A DNA stretch of 64,000 nt from the human T2T-CHM13v2.0 reference genome, Homo sapiens, in the NCBI RefSeq assembly GCF_009914755.1, contig NC_060934.1; one strand, written 5' to 3'. Positions 21,918-35,502 of the stretch are shown piece by piece. The notes beneath the pieces are model-generated. The model searched no databases, was not told the origin of the DNA, and worked only from the letters and a program-made list of their open reading frames with translations. Both the position numbers and the translations under genes were made by a program. Within the stretch, counting starts at the first letter, position 1; the number at the start of each line of letters is the position of its first letter.

Positions 21918-22910
21918 ATGTTGGTAATATTCTTTCACATGCAAGGGACAGAAACAACATCCAAGCTAACTTCAGCAAAGAGAAAATCACATAGCCTTAC
22001 GTAACTGTGAAAGGCAGAATGGATGTGTTCTCAGGTGAGACTAGATCTAAGATTCCAGTCAATGTCACCTGGACTTCCTTTTCAATCATCATCAAGTATG
22101 CCTCTCTTTCTGCCTATTTGCCACTGCTCCCAACATCTTGACCAGTAACTGACACATAGTAAGGATGCAATAAAATGCATACGCAATGAGATGAGTGAAT
22201 GTGTAAGTTCTTTCTTAATGCCCTCGGGTTTCTTCCATATAGGTACCCACAATCAATATCTTGGGTTTTAAAACCCAGATATTCACCCCAAAGGCAAGAA
22301 AAGTCTTCTTTCATTTGTCTTCAGTAAACCTCTAGATCTCTGTATATCTTTATCCATGTCCAGAATTATATTCATATATATATTTTTATATGTCTTCCAG
22401 GATGAGATTTTGTTTTGTTCTTGTTTTGTTTTGTTTTGTTTTGTTTGAGACAGAGTCTCCCTCTGTTTTGCAGGCTGGAGTGCAGTGGCATGATCTCAGC
22501 TCATTGCAACCTCTGCCTCCTGGCTCACTGCCTCAGCCGCCCGAGTAGCTGGGATTACAGGTGTGCATCACCATGCCCAGCTAATTTTTGTATTTTTAGT
22601 AGAGATGGGGTTTTGCCATGTTGGTCAGGCTGGTCTTGAACTCCTGACCTCAAGTGATCCGCCCACCTCAGCCTCTCAACTGGAATGGGTTTTCATTGCC
22701 TGAGTCTTGTGCCAACCCATTGGACCACTAACCATTGAAAGGGGACAGGGTACCATTACCTCTTTTGCTAAGACAATGTGACTGGCAGTCTCACTGTAAT
22801 CACATAGATAGGTAACCATAAAGAGAAAGATTCTTGAAAGGAGTAGGGATGCTGTTAACAGAAGAAAGAAGGAAAGCTGAACAAATAAAAACAATTGAGA
22901 TTCACTGCAT
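21918..22910 (-). mobile_element. LTR33-like ERVL LTR, fragmented and interrupted
   Basis: tgcaagggacagaaac..aagctaacttcagcaaag..gtaactg at left; ggatgctgttaacagaagaa..aaaaacaa..tcactgca at right. Confidence 0.5.
22408..22676 (-). mobile_element. AluS lacking its first ~45 nt
   Basis: (TTTTG)n tail then antisense Alu ending at cctcagcctctc. Confidence 0.9.
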
Positions 22911-23121
22911 ATTCCATTCCAAGAGTCTGTGTCCTACTGAAAGTCACTACAGCCTAAAGTAAATTCTATAACTGAGAGTATAGAGACTTGATAGAAGGAA
23001 TCAATCCCAATTATTCCCTTTTTTACATCTACAGAAGTCTAGTATTTCTGCAAATACTATGACCTTTTTAATGGGTATAACTGACACACAACAAACCACA
23101 CATGTTTAAAATGTAAAATTT

Positions 23122-23290
23122 GGCCAAGCAAAGGTGGCATACATGCCTGTAGTCCCAGCTATTCAGGAGGCTGAGGCAGGAGGACTGCTTGAGCCCAGGA
23201 GTTTGAGGCTGTAGTGGGCTGCGATCATACCAGTAAATAGCTACTGCACTCCAGCCTGGACAACATAGCAGGAACCCATCATTTTTTAAA
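23122..23290 (+). mobile_element. FAM (fossil Alu monomer) inside an old antisense L1
   Basis: 7SL-like atcataccagtaaatagctactgcactcc segment; TSD aatgtaaaatttg on both sides. Confidence 0.75.
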
Positions 23291-24580
23291 CAATGTAAAA
23301 TTTGATAATTTTTAAAATTGTATGTTGCGAAACCATCACTACAATAAAAAAATACCCATTATGCCCCAAAATGTTGCCCAAAATCAAAGATATTTACCAT
23401 ATGGCCTTTTACAGAAAAAAAATTTCTTGCCCTTGATCTAGATCTCTCTTTTCACAACTTTGTTCTTTAAAGTGGAGCAGTTCAACAGGGGTGCTCTGCA
23501 ACTTCCATGGGGAGTAAAGGAAAGGGGCTAGCACTCACCACTATCATAGCCCAAACCTCCACTTTAAATACAGCAACTCTCTTTTTATCTATTGGGTTGC
23601 CTTTTAAAACTTACTTGGAAGATAGCATCTTAGAACGTTTAAATCTACTATTCTATTTCAACTCTTTTGTTCCCAGATGTGAACATAAAGAATGAGGTGG
23701 GAAAGTGAATTACTTGCTCAGTGTTATATAGCTCCTTCTAACCCAAATCTCATGATTCTCAGGTCTGAGAGTTCTTTCCACCACCTGAAATTAAAACCAG
23801 TCAGGGCAGTGCTCTCCCAAAGAACCCCCAACCTAAAAAAACAAAAACAAAAAATTAAAAGCTGAGTGAAGAGAGTGCCCAGTACACAGACAGTGGCTAG
23901 AGAAAACCTGACTCCGGCTAGAATTCCTAGGGGCACATTATCCACTCCTTGGCAATTCTACCCCCTTGATTTACAGAACTACTATGAAGTTGTACCACTC
24001 AGGAAAAGAGTTGTTAGTTGTTGGTCAGTCAGCCACATGTGTAGGGTGACAAAAAGGGGTAATAGGAACCTGAAAGGGCTGAGACCCAGAAACAAATATC
24101 AGCGGAGAATAAACACTAGAAAACTAAATATGGATATAATAAACAGATTATCAGGGAGACAAAAGGAAGGGCCTGTGCCAGGAGAAATTTACCGTCAAAC
24201 AGGCCTGGATGGAAACATGTGGATTCTCTACCCAGGCTGGGAAAACATGATGCTACTTCAGACTCTACTTTCATTTAGAAGGAAGGTTGAGTGAAATATG
24301 GGGAAAGACCACCAGGATAGTTCATAGTCTCCCTTAAGCTCTGGCTCGAAACCTGCATATTCTACCCAGCAAACAAGGTATCTGTGAAGGCCTGCCCCAC
24401 TTAAAAGACAGGTTAGTGTGTATTTATTCTTCCTCAAGCAAGAACTCTGGGTTCTAATACTCTTCACTCCAAGTGATATAGCGAAGTATTTGTTTCACCT
24501 TCCCCTCATATTAGTTCACCTTACTTATTAGCACCCAAAACTTCAGTTGAGGAACTAATTTGTTTTTATCTCTTATTCAC

Positions 24581-25321
<741 letters not shown>

Positions 25322-26248
25322 GATGAAATGTGTTAACCAATTGTGTTTTCTACTTAAAACTGGCATTTGGAAAGTGTATAGACAAACTTATGCCCTATCA
25401 ATAGCAAGTATGTAAAAACTTCTTAGTACATTTCCTTGTAATAGCCTCATTTCTAGCTCTATTTTATGTCCCTGACTTCTTTGTTCTTCCCTGTTTTAAG
25501 TGAAGGAAGTGGATCCACATGGGGCTCACAGAGACACATAGGGAATAGTAGCCACCCTCTAAGTCAGCATGGTGATAGCAACAGTAACTTGCAAAGGGAA
25601 GGAGACTCTCTTGGGACTCTAATTATAAGGTCCCAAATTTCCTCCCCATATGGGTGTTCTTCCTCCACTGCTTAGCATTTGAAAATCTGAATTTGACTGC
25701 TCTTGCCATTGCTGACTACAACTGAGTCAGCATCTCCCAAAACTTTCTTAATGGAAAAGAGTTTTATAATGGAGATCAATGTTGGGAAGAAAACAGATAC
25801 TCTATCTGTATGATCCAATTCAATATTATGGTAACAGGAAAGGTGTGGAAATTATATAGAGATCCATGGGAGATTCTTGTTGAATTAAGACTTACATATC
25901 TATAACAGATCAGTTTTGTTTGTTTGTTTTTATTGAGGGATAATTTTAAAAGCCTATGTGTGTAAGCAGCTCACATGAAGAGGGAACTGGAACTATGTCT
26001 CTGGCAAAAAAAAAAAAAAAAAAAAAAAACCTGAGAATTTTGGAAAGCTATCCTATCTATGAAAACGGGACTAGGGAAACCCCCATCCACTAGCCTGGGA
26101 AAGTGTCAATAGATCTTGAAGTTAACCAGGAACCTGGGTGGAAAATATGTAACTCATAGGAAATCAAAGCCCATGCCATATAAGGTTATAGGGTCCAAAT
26201 TTTCATTACCTTTCTCTTGCAGGAAACCAAAGTGATAAATTAACATTA

Positions 26249-27333
<1,085 letters not shown>

Positions 27334-27622
27334 TGTGAATTTGTGAGACTCTAGGACTGAAGTAGAAGCAAACTCCAAATAATTTTGTAGTGATTCTTTG
27401 ACAATTCAGAGCACAGAGGAGTCACCACCATCACCTTCCAAAAAAAATGAAACACTAAGGTAACTTTACAATAAGAAATTATGAACTACACGAGGAAACA
27501 ATCTACCTTGAGGGAGAATTGGCAGATGCAACAAACAGGAGAAGCAATATTTTCATGGTCTGGAGAAAATATAGCAATCTATCAGATTAAAATAGAAGTA
27601 TGTTTAAAATAATTAAAGATAT

Positions 27623-27950
27623 TGAGACAGCCAGGTGAGAGAGGGTCCCTGGCAAAACTCCAACTGGCCTGCACCCTGGGGCAGAGCCACAGAGGTTCAC
27701 CCCATTTTCAGGTGAGAGGAGCCTAGCCCCTCCTCTTCCTGTGTGTGGAAACTAGGATTCAAGCTGTGAGGCGAGAAGCACATGAGAGGAAGTCTGGCCT
27801 TGTGAAGGGTCCCTGTTTCCCCCTTTATTTCCTTTTCACCCAATAAAACCCTGTTTTACTCACCCTTCAAACTATCTGCAAGTCTGAACTTTCGTGGCTA
27901 TGGGACAAGGACCCCGTCTTTAGCTGAACTAAGGAAAAGTCCTGCAATCA
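27623..27950 (+). mobile_element. MER61-type ERV1 solo LTR
   Basis: tgagacagccaggtg..ggtccctggcaaaactccaactggcctgc start; AATAAA at 27842; ends gaccccgtctttagctgaactaagg. Confidence 0.85.
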
Positions 27951-28214
27951 TATCATCATGAAAGAACAATGGGATGTGTAAAGAATAGGCAGAGAGGGAG
28001 AAAGAACAAATATAACTTTTAGAAATGAAAACCTGTTTAAATATCAGATTCAACACTGAATAGAGAATTAGCAAACTGGTGGATACATTTGAACAAAGTA
28101 CTCACAATATAACACAGAGAAAAAGAGGTGGAGATTCATCATGAAATAGAAGCAGCAACGAGGATAAATGGGTGAGAAGGTTATTGCTATATGTATCTAG
28201 CGTGTCTAACATAT

Positions 28215-28520
28215 CAAAGACAAAGTGCACCAAGAAATTAAGGAGATTATTTTATTCAGTCTATAGCAATAGATGAATGTTCATTAACGAGTAACGTTTC
28301 AGTGAAAAGGAAGGGAAACTGGGTTTGCAGAGGCAGGTAAACAAGAGAGTCATCGAGAGTCTAACGGAGTAATGAGGAAGAATAGAAATGTGTCTTATAT
28401 CAGACTATACAAGGGCAGGGTGCCCTTTGAGGTTAGCTATTTCCAGAATACAAAAGCATGGGGAGATTTCTGAACCACCCCTGCTTTCCAAAAGCACAGA
28501 TTTCAGATAAAGTTCAACAT
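28215..28520 (-). mobile_element. MER90/MER110-like ERV1 LTR fragment
   Basis: Minus-strand start tgttgaactttatctga..ctgtgcttttggaaagc. Confidence 0.5.
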
Positions 28521-29189
28521 TACCAAATAGGAGTTCCAGAACGACAAAGTAGAAAGAATAGAGGGCATCTGAAAAAGATAAAATCAGAACAATTTTTAGA
28601 ATTAAAGAGAACATAAGTCCTCAGAATGGTGAAGTACATTAGGTCTCAAATAAAGTTAAGCAAAACAAGAGCCATACCTAGACACGATAGAAAAACTACA
28701 AATATAAAGAAATATTAAAATGTCATTAATTAGGAATATTTTTCTTGCTCTTTTTAAAAAATCTTCCCGCAATTTGATTACTGGTTTTATACAGTTAAGG
28801 TTATACTTTTTATTGAAATTAAGAACTTAAGCAAAATCAGAATCAGTTATTAAAATAAGCCTTGGAACTCACATCGCTGGTAAGTGGTTGAGTTGGGCCT
28901 TTAAGCCACATCTTCTGATTCAAAATACTATTTATACCATTTTATTCTAGGGATACCATGAAGCCTATAGCACCTCCTTCTCAATTTAGTATGTTCCATT
29001 TAGCCTAGAGAAAAGACTGAAGGTTGTTGCAACTACATATACTTTATATTTCTTTCTAAGTGTCACAATTGAGTACAATTAGAGTTCAATTTCTCTTTAT
29101 AATGGATGTTCCCAGAGGGTAAACAGAAAGAATGTATGCATTCTTTAAGCAAAGCTTTATTTTTCTCTATGAATCAGCATGCAAAATCC

Positions 29190-29422
29190 CCTAGCAACAT
29201 TTGACTTTAATACTTATGGAAATCAGATTGGTCTCCCTTGTTAGAGTGGGCATCTTGATGGCCCGTGTTATTTCCTCTATGTGGGGTTCCAGCTGTGTTG
29301 TCAGCCAGCAGTACCACTTCCTGAGGGCTGAAGAACATCTTTCTGAAAGCATTGCCCTAAAGCTGCTGCTGCCACTCCTACCATGCTCCAAATCATCAGC
29401 TTTCTAATGTGCCCTGTGAACC
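29190..29422 (-). ncRNA. Candidate terminal exon of a minus-strand non-coding transcript
   Basis: Acceptor ttttttgtccctttgcctAG (AG at 29424-29423); ATTAAA at 29211-29206. Confidence 0.25.
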
Positions 29423-29499
29423 CTAGGCAAAGGGACAAAAAACATTATTTTAGACTTCAGTTCAGTTGGGAATCAGAAGTTGTATGGAGCCATTAAGTG

Positions 29500-29660
29500 G
29501 AGGCATTCAACGTATTCACACAATAACTGTTTGAACACCTATTATGTGCTCACATTGTGCTAGGCACTGGGGATCTGCTAACAAGAGACACAATCCCTAT
29601 CCTCATTGTAGCTCACAGATTAGGCTGGCAAATTGACATTTAAAAAATACTGTAACTACA
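29500..29660 (-). mobile_element. L2 3' fragment
   Basis: cattcaac..tgaacacctattatgtgc..cattgtgctaggcactggggat..ccctatcctcattgtagctcacag. Confidence 0.7.
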
Positions 29661-29810
29661 CAAGTAACTCAGCCTCTCTTTTCATCTCTTGCTAACCTTG
29701 ATGCAGGACACAGCATCTCTCTCCTTTCCAGTAAATAAATAGACAATCTGTTCTGCACCAAAAGTATTAATGAACTGCATAGATGTTGACCAAGATTTTG
29801 TGTAGGAGTT

Positions 29811-30007
29811 TCCTACACAAAATCTTATAAAATCTCCCATACAAATCCTATGGGAAACTCCCACACAAAATCTTACAAAATCTCCTATACAAATTCTATG
29901 GAAAACTCCTACACAAAATCTTACAAAATCTCCCATACAAATCCTATAGGAAGCTCCTACACAAAATCTCCTATACAAATCCTATAGGAAACTCCCATGC
30001 AAAATCT
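29811..30007. repeat. 48-bp minisatellite (three full units, one 38-bp unit, one partial) inside an inverted repeat
   Basis: Units start at 29811, 29859, 29907, 29955 and 29993; consensus tcctacacaaaatcttacaaaatctcccatacaaatcctatgggaaac. Confidence 0.95.
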
Positions 30008-30379
30008 CAGCCTGACATCCTCAGTTCTCTTTGGAAGTATCTGGTCTCCAAGCTGGATTCTTCTTTGCCCTGGACCTGTTTCCTGACCTTGTGGTCTTGT
30101 GTCTCCCTATTCTGTTTTTACCCCCTGGAAATTTTGTTTTCCTGTAGCGCCACCCTGTTCCGTTCCTGGTGAGCAGTTCATCTCTGCCTGGGAGTTCACC
30201 TCCAGCCTTGCACACTTCAGGGGCCCTCCAGCAGCTGGAACCCACCTCCTCATTAGATGGTGTGTGTGTTTTGGGGGTGCGGAGTATAAATAACATGGAA
30301 ATCAGGTTGTGCTGCACTTAAATAGGGAGTAATTATAATTGTGTTTATTTGATAGAGGGAGGCACAGGTGCCAGGAGAC

Positions 30380-30700
30380 TGAGTAAGAAGTGAGCCTGTG
30401 AGACAGCTGCTTGCCAGCCGCATCAGGCCCTGGCCCCTGAGTCAGCCTGTGTCTAATTAGGAGCAGGCTGCAATCGCCATCTGAATAATTCTCTGGGATT
30501 GAGTTTCTTCCTGAATGACTCGATTCACACTGGATGAGAAACTGTCTCTCTCCACTAGGAAGTGGAATAAAACAACTGACTCACATTTCACGCTTCCGTT
30601 TTTGCCAAGTGGAGATGATAATTTCTCAGTTACTCAGATGTGGGCTAGAGCTGAATCTGCTTTTTATAACTGACTGACTTAGCAAGGAAGTGAAAATCCA
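30380..30700. promoter_or_regulatory. Candidate enhancer (AP-1/ETS/ARE motif cluster)
   Basis: TGAGTCA 30438, AGGAAGT 30557, TGACTCA 30577, TGACTTAGCA 30675, GGAAGTGAAA 30686 in apparently unique DNA. Confidence 0.45.
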
Positions 30701-30705
30701 GGTAC

Positions 30706-31477
30706 TGAGATGGAGCAGGGACCCCTTTTAGGGGTCTCTGGGTCCCCAAGCATGGAAATAAAGGAAAATCTTGAGCTCCTTCAAGGGAAATTCCAGATGC
30801 CTAGCTAGCCCTGAAAGTGAATAAGCAGCTTGATAAACAAGAAGGTAATGGTAGCCTGAAACAATAGCCAAGGAACTGAGAGTCCCGAGATGTTTGGTTC
30901 CCTATAGAAACTAAAGATAACATCTTAACATATGTACCCGAGTTATTTTTCAGAAACCTGGACCTCCAACAAATGGATACACTGGCACATAGACCTCAGA
31001 TAATGTAGAACTGAGGACTGAATTCTGATAACCATTCTTTGTTCTAAATTTCTTCCTGAGTGTCCTGGAGGAAGTCACACCCATGAGCCAGAGCTAACAT
31101 TCTTTCTGCTGACCTTAAATTTTTAAACAAAGCTTCTCTTCCTTAACCAATTGTAAAAGAGAAAATCTTTGAACCTGCCTATGACCTGTAAGCTCCTGCT
31201 TCAAGATCCCCCACCCTTTCAGGCCAAAACCCATGTGTAGCCTCCATGTATTGATTTATGATCTTGCCTGTAACTTCTGCTTTCCTGAAATTTACCCCTG
31301 CTTTTAAAAACCCTTACTTGCAAGCCATTGGGAAGTCAGGACATAAGCATTAGCTGCCAATTCTCCTTTCTTGGTGCCCTGCAAATAAATACCTTCCTTT
31401 CTTGCCACTTCAAACCTCAGTGTGGATGTCTGGCCTTACTGTGCCAGGCCAGTGGACCCCACTTTGGTTCTATAACA
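30706..31477 (+). mobile_element. MER39-type ERV1 solo LTR
   Basis: TG..CA ends; agcatggaaataaaggaaaatcttgag, ccctatagaaactaaagataacatc; AATAAA near 31384; TSD gtac/gtat. Confidence 0.85.
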
Positions 31478-31943
31478 GTATCACAAAGCCAAGGGAGCCA
31501 TAATGAGTCAAGTTCTGGGTCCTAGACTCCACATCAAGTCTTGGAGTGGGATTATTCCTCAACCAGGTGGTCTGGTCTCACTCTAGACAAGGCCTATGGA
31601 GGTCCTGTGGATTCAGAAGACCCCTCCTACCAAGGCCCACCCTCCCTGGATGTCTCCTGGAAGAGGTAAAAATTCTAGGTATCCTTTAAACACCTATGAT
31701 GTCCTAGACCTGGACACGGAGCATGATGCTTTAGAGACCATTGGTGGATGCCACTTGTAGACCCTGGGAAAGAGAGTTTGAGAACATATAGCAAAAACTA
31801 AATTCAAAGACTAAGCTGGGAACAAACCTGACCACCATGGCCAAAAGCAGGAACAGTCCCCAGATCTACAGAACTGGGCATTTCCGGTGCCCAGGTCCTG
31901 TGGTATTTGTGGACAGGCGAGGACTTTGACCTGAATTTATGTG

Positions 31944-32307
31944 TGTATTAGTTCATTTTCACACTGTTATAAAGAACTTCCTTGAGACTAGGTAATTTAT
32001 AAAGGAAAAAGGTTTAATTCACTCACAGTTCCACATGGCTGGGGAGGCCTCAGGAAACTTACAATCATGGGGCATGAGGAAGCAGGCACCTTCTTTCACA
32101 GGGTGGCAGCAGGGAGAAGAGTGTGAGTGTGTGAAGGAGGAACTGTCAAAAACTTATAAAACTGTCAGATCTTGTGAGAACTCACTCACTTCAGGAGAAC
32201 AGTATAGGGGAAACCACCTCCATGATCCAATCACCCCTCCTCCCTCCACACATGGGGATTACAATTTGAGATGAGATTTGGGTGGGGACACGAGCCAAAC
32301 TATTTCA
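31944..32307 (-). mobile_element. THE1 (THE1D-like) MaLR solo LTR
   Basis: tgtattag...ccaaactatttca; perfect 5-bp TSD atgtg (31939-31943, 32308-32312). Confidence 0.92.
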
Positions 32308-32779
32308 ATGTGCCTTTGAATTACCAATAGTGATTGAGAAAAGCAGCTGGTAGGATCCTGCTTTTTATTCTCTTAATATTATTTCACATATAGTTCCCCA
32401 TGACATTTCATATTGGAAACATGGTAGTTCCACCAACTATTACAAAAGAAAATAAGAAATCCATAATTTACATGCACACAATTGTGCCACAGTATTACTC
32501 TCTGTGTCCTGGAATGTGTCCACAAGATATTTGGCATCATGGTAGGTACATTGTAGCACACTGAGGTGACAAATTTTATTCAGCTGCATCATGATCATCA
32601 ATAGGGAGTTCACACATTCTCCCCACCCACGTGGTTGGTTGCAGGACATGATCCTGTTGTTTTAAAGAGCAACCTGCCAATGAAAAAATGATCACTTTTG
32701 ACCCTTTCCCTCAAGATTCAACAAAACTAAGAATTGACAAATTGAAGTCTTTATTAGGTAAAATCTGTAAAATTACAGT

Positions 32780-32990
32780 GAACTGACATTTGCTGAGCTT
32801 GGGATACATATTAAGAACTATTCACAACAACCATGCAATATAAGCACCTTTATTATCCCTATTTTATAGAGCAGGAAACCAAACCTTTAAAAAAGTTAAG
32901 TAAGTAGGCCAGAGTCATTCAGTAAACAAATAGTGGTACCAGGACTCAAACCAAATCTTTCTGGGGTCAAGTCCACATGTATAGCCATTC
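32780..32990 (-). mobile_element. MIR
   Basis: gacatttgctgagc..tcacaacaacc..ttattatccctattttataga..ggactcaaacc. Confidence 0.7.
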
Positions 32991-33277
32991 TGCTCTTTCC
33001 TGGAAATGCACGTCAGATATCCTTAGGAATCTTTTCTGATGTTTAGGTTCATAGTATGTTGGTACTGCACCCTGGTTTTCCTCTCTTCCACAGTGTGCTC
33101 TGAGCAAAACAGTTCTTCCCATAATCGAGAGACTCTTCATCAGAATAATTGTATCATGACTATTCTGTTCCCTGGCCCTTCTGTCCTTAAGTCAAGCTAG
33201 ATAACCATATCAAATAGTGGATTCTGATTTTAAATTTACCACCCTCAGGAAATGGAAAGCCACCAATCTGTTTAGAT

Positions 33278-33622
33278 CAGTGGTCTCCAAATTTTTGGCA
33301 CCAAGGATTGGTTTTGTGGAAGAAAATCTTTCCACAGAGAGGTGGGGATGTGGGGATGGTTTTGGGATAAAATTGTTCCACCTCAGATCATCAGGGATTA
33401 GTTAGATTCTCATAAGGAGCACACAACCTAGATCTCTCAAACACAGTTTACAATAGGGTTCATGCTTCTATGAGAAACTAATGCTACTGCTGATCTGATA
33501 GGAGGTGGAGCTCAGGCAGTAATGCTCGTCCCCCCACCGCTCCTCATCTCCTGCTGTACAGCCTAGTTCCTAACAGGCCACAGACCAGTACCAGTATACA
33601 GCCTGGGGGTTGGGAACCCCTG
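33278..33622 (-). mobile_element. MER1B (hAT-Charlie)
   Basis: TIRs cagtggtctccaa / ttgggaacccctg; 8-bp TSD gtttagat/atttagat. Confidence 0.92.
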
Positions 33623-33842
33623 ATTTAGATGATCCTATAGAAAAACCAGTTCTGCCCAAGCCTGACCCAGCTTGAAACCTGAAGTGGATGAAAGTGCAGC
33701 CCTGAGGCAACATACCATTTAGAGTCACTAAGACATCATTAGAATCCATCAGAAGTTTCTCACTGAAGTCAAAAGCGTCCTCATGTGCAATAAAGGAAAA
33801 CGCTTACCATGGAAGAAGCCCTTCTGTGATGTTCATTGGAAC

Positions 33843-34236
33843 TGTATGGTCCTCTGAGCTGGCCACACCACAGTCAAGCCATCGTGACATTCCCCCACCC
33901 TTGTGATAATGTGCTTTATGATATTCCCCATCCTTGTGAATGTACTTCGTAACATCCTCCCAGCCCTTGTGACAATACACCCTCCCTGCCCTTGTGAATG
34001 TACTTAGTAACATCCTCCCCGCCCTTGAGAATGTACTTTGTAACATCCATCCCCTGCCCACAAAAAATTGCTCCTGACTCTACCGCCTATCCCAAACCTA
34101 TAAGAAACAATGATAATCCCTCCACCCTTCGCTGACTCCTTTCTCAGACTCAGCCCACTTGCGCCCAAGTGAATAAACGGTCTTGTTGCTCACACTAAGC
34201 CTGCTCAGGTGGTCTCTTATACGGACGCGAGTAACA
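33843..34236 (+). mobile_element. MER48 (HERV-H48/LTR7-related) solo LTR
   Basis: TG..CA; internal cccttgtga..atgtactt repeats; TATA-like cctataag, AATAAA near 34172; perfect TSD ggaac (33838-33842, 34237-34241). Confidence 0.9.
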
Positions 34237-34479
34237 GGAACTTGAATAACCATAGCTGTGCCACCAACCCTGGGGCCTTCCGGGTAATAACGCCTTAGGT
34301 CAGTTGAAATTCTTAAACTAAAGAGTAATTTATTTTATTATCTAAGTTGTAAACCTTTTATATATCTTCCAATAAATTTTCTCTCCCCTCCCCACCCCCA
34401 AAAAATCACAAAATAAAACTAAAATTAACATTGTAGAAAAGTAACAATGTTTTGGCAACATGAAAGTCCCAAAAAGAAC

Positions 34480-35450
34480 CTTTAAAAATAATTTGAACAA
34501 GATTTTATAATTAAATGCACATACATTTTCTCTATTCATAGGAACTATAAGTAGTAAATAATGGGAAAATACTGGCATGAAAAATCATTTCAGACAGGTT
34601 AAAATATCATATTACATAATGGAAGCCATGTGTCTCAATGTCAAAGGAGTTAACAAATAGAAATAGGGAAAGGCGAGAATCAACACTGTGGTTGGTGGAG
34701 TTGAGAAGGTAATTTCAAAGTATTCTGCCTACAAATTACTTACTAATTACAAAGGGAAATATTAATAGCAATTTTACATCATCAGTAATGCATTAACATC
34801 ATCAATAATGGAACAAGCTGATGTTGTGTGCCTCCTGATATGGTGCACAGACTAAGACACAATATCATGCCTGTGGTATATCTGCCAAACATGTATAACC
34901 TGAATCTAATTATGCAGAAACTTCAAAGTAAAATTTAAAAATATCTTATGAAATAACTAGCCTTTACTCCACAATTTTCAAAAACACGAAAGACAAGGAG
35001 AGATAAAGAAGCTGTTACAGACTATAAGAGACTAAAGAGACATGACAACTAAATTCACAAGATGCTCCTGGATTGGGCCCTGGGCCAGGAAAAATAACAA
35101 CCACAAAAAAACATTACTGGGACAATTAGAGCAATTCAAATCTGAATTTTAGGTTATAGTATTATATCAAAGTTATGGTTTATGATGTTGATCATTGCAG
35201 TGTGGTTCCATAAGATAAGTCCCTGCTTTTAGGATATACAAACTATAAAGAATTTGTGGCTAGCAGATATGCGAAAATTACTTTCAAATGGTTTAGGAAA
35301 ACAAAGAGTGAGTAAGAGCAAATGATAAAGCATATGGAATGAAACACTAACAATTGATGAATCAGAATAAAGGGAACACAAGTGTTTCTTATATTATTCT
35401 TGTGACTTTTTTGAACGTCTGAAATTGTATTACAATAAAAATGTTTAAAT
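34480..35450 (+). mobile_element. L1MC-type 3' region
   Basis: ttacttactaattacaaaggga, aacctgaatctaat, gagactaaagagacatgacaactaaa, ttcttgtgacttttttgaacgtctgaaatt. Confidence 0.7.
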
Positions 35451-35502
35451 ATCCTATCTCACAGCATTCAATACATCTCTTTTAAGAACATAAATAAAGA
35501 GT

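Larger units (their letters stand above)
27340..28740 (+). mobile_element. Very old L1M/HAL1-like ORF1-region remnant, interrupted by two LTRs
   Basis: A-rich degraded ORF1-like sequence (aacttttagaaatgaaa, gagaattagcaaactgg, aataggagttccagaa). Confidence 0.5.

Noticed and set aside
23866-24294. 142-aa ORF in apparently unique DNA
   Set aside because: It starts at GTG, has no recognisable domain or exon structure, and its length is compatible with chance.
27623-27950. p53 site in MER61
   Set aside because: I see no paired RRRCWWGYYY motif in this copy.
29682-29978. 98-aa ORF with 16-aa repeats (RFCVG..RICMGDFV)
   Set aside because: It is a by-product of the 48-bp minisatellite period; there is no splice, promoter or homology support.
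29792-30007. CRISPR-like repeat array with a hairpin
   Set aside because: Units are contiguous with no unique spacers, there are no cas genes, and the context is primate.
33843-34236. LTR7/HERV-H provirus
   Set aside because: The 5' end fits MER48 better, and the TSD directly flanks a solo LTR with no internal sequence.
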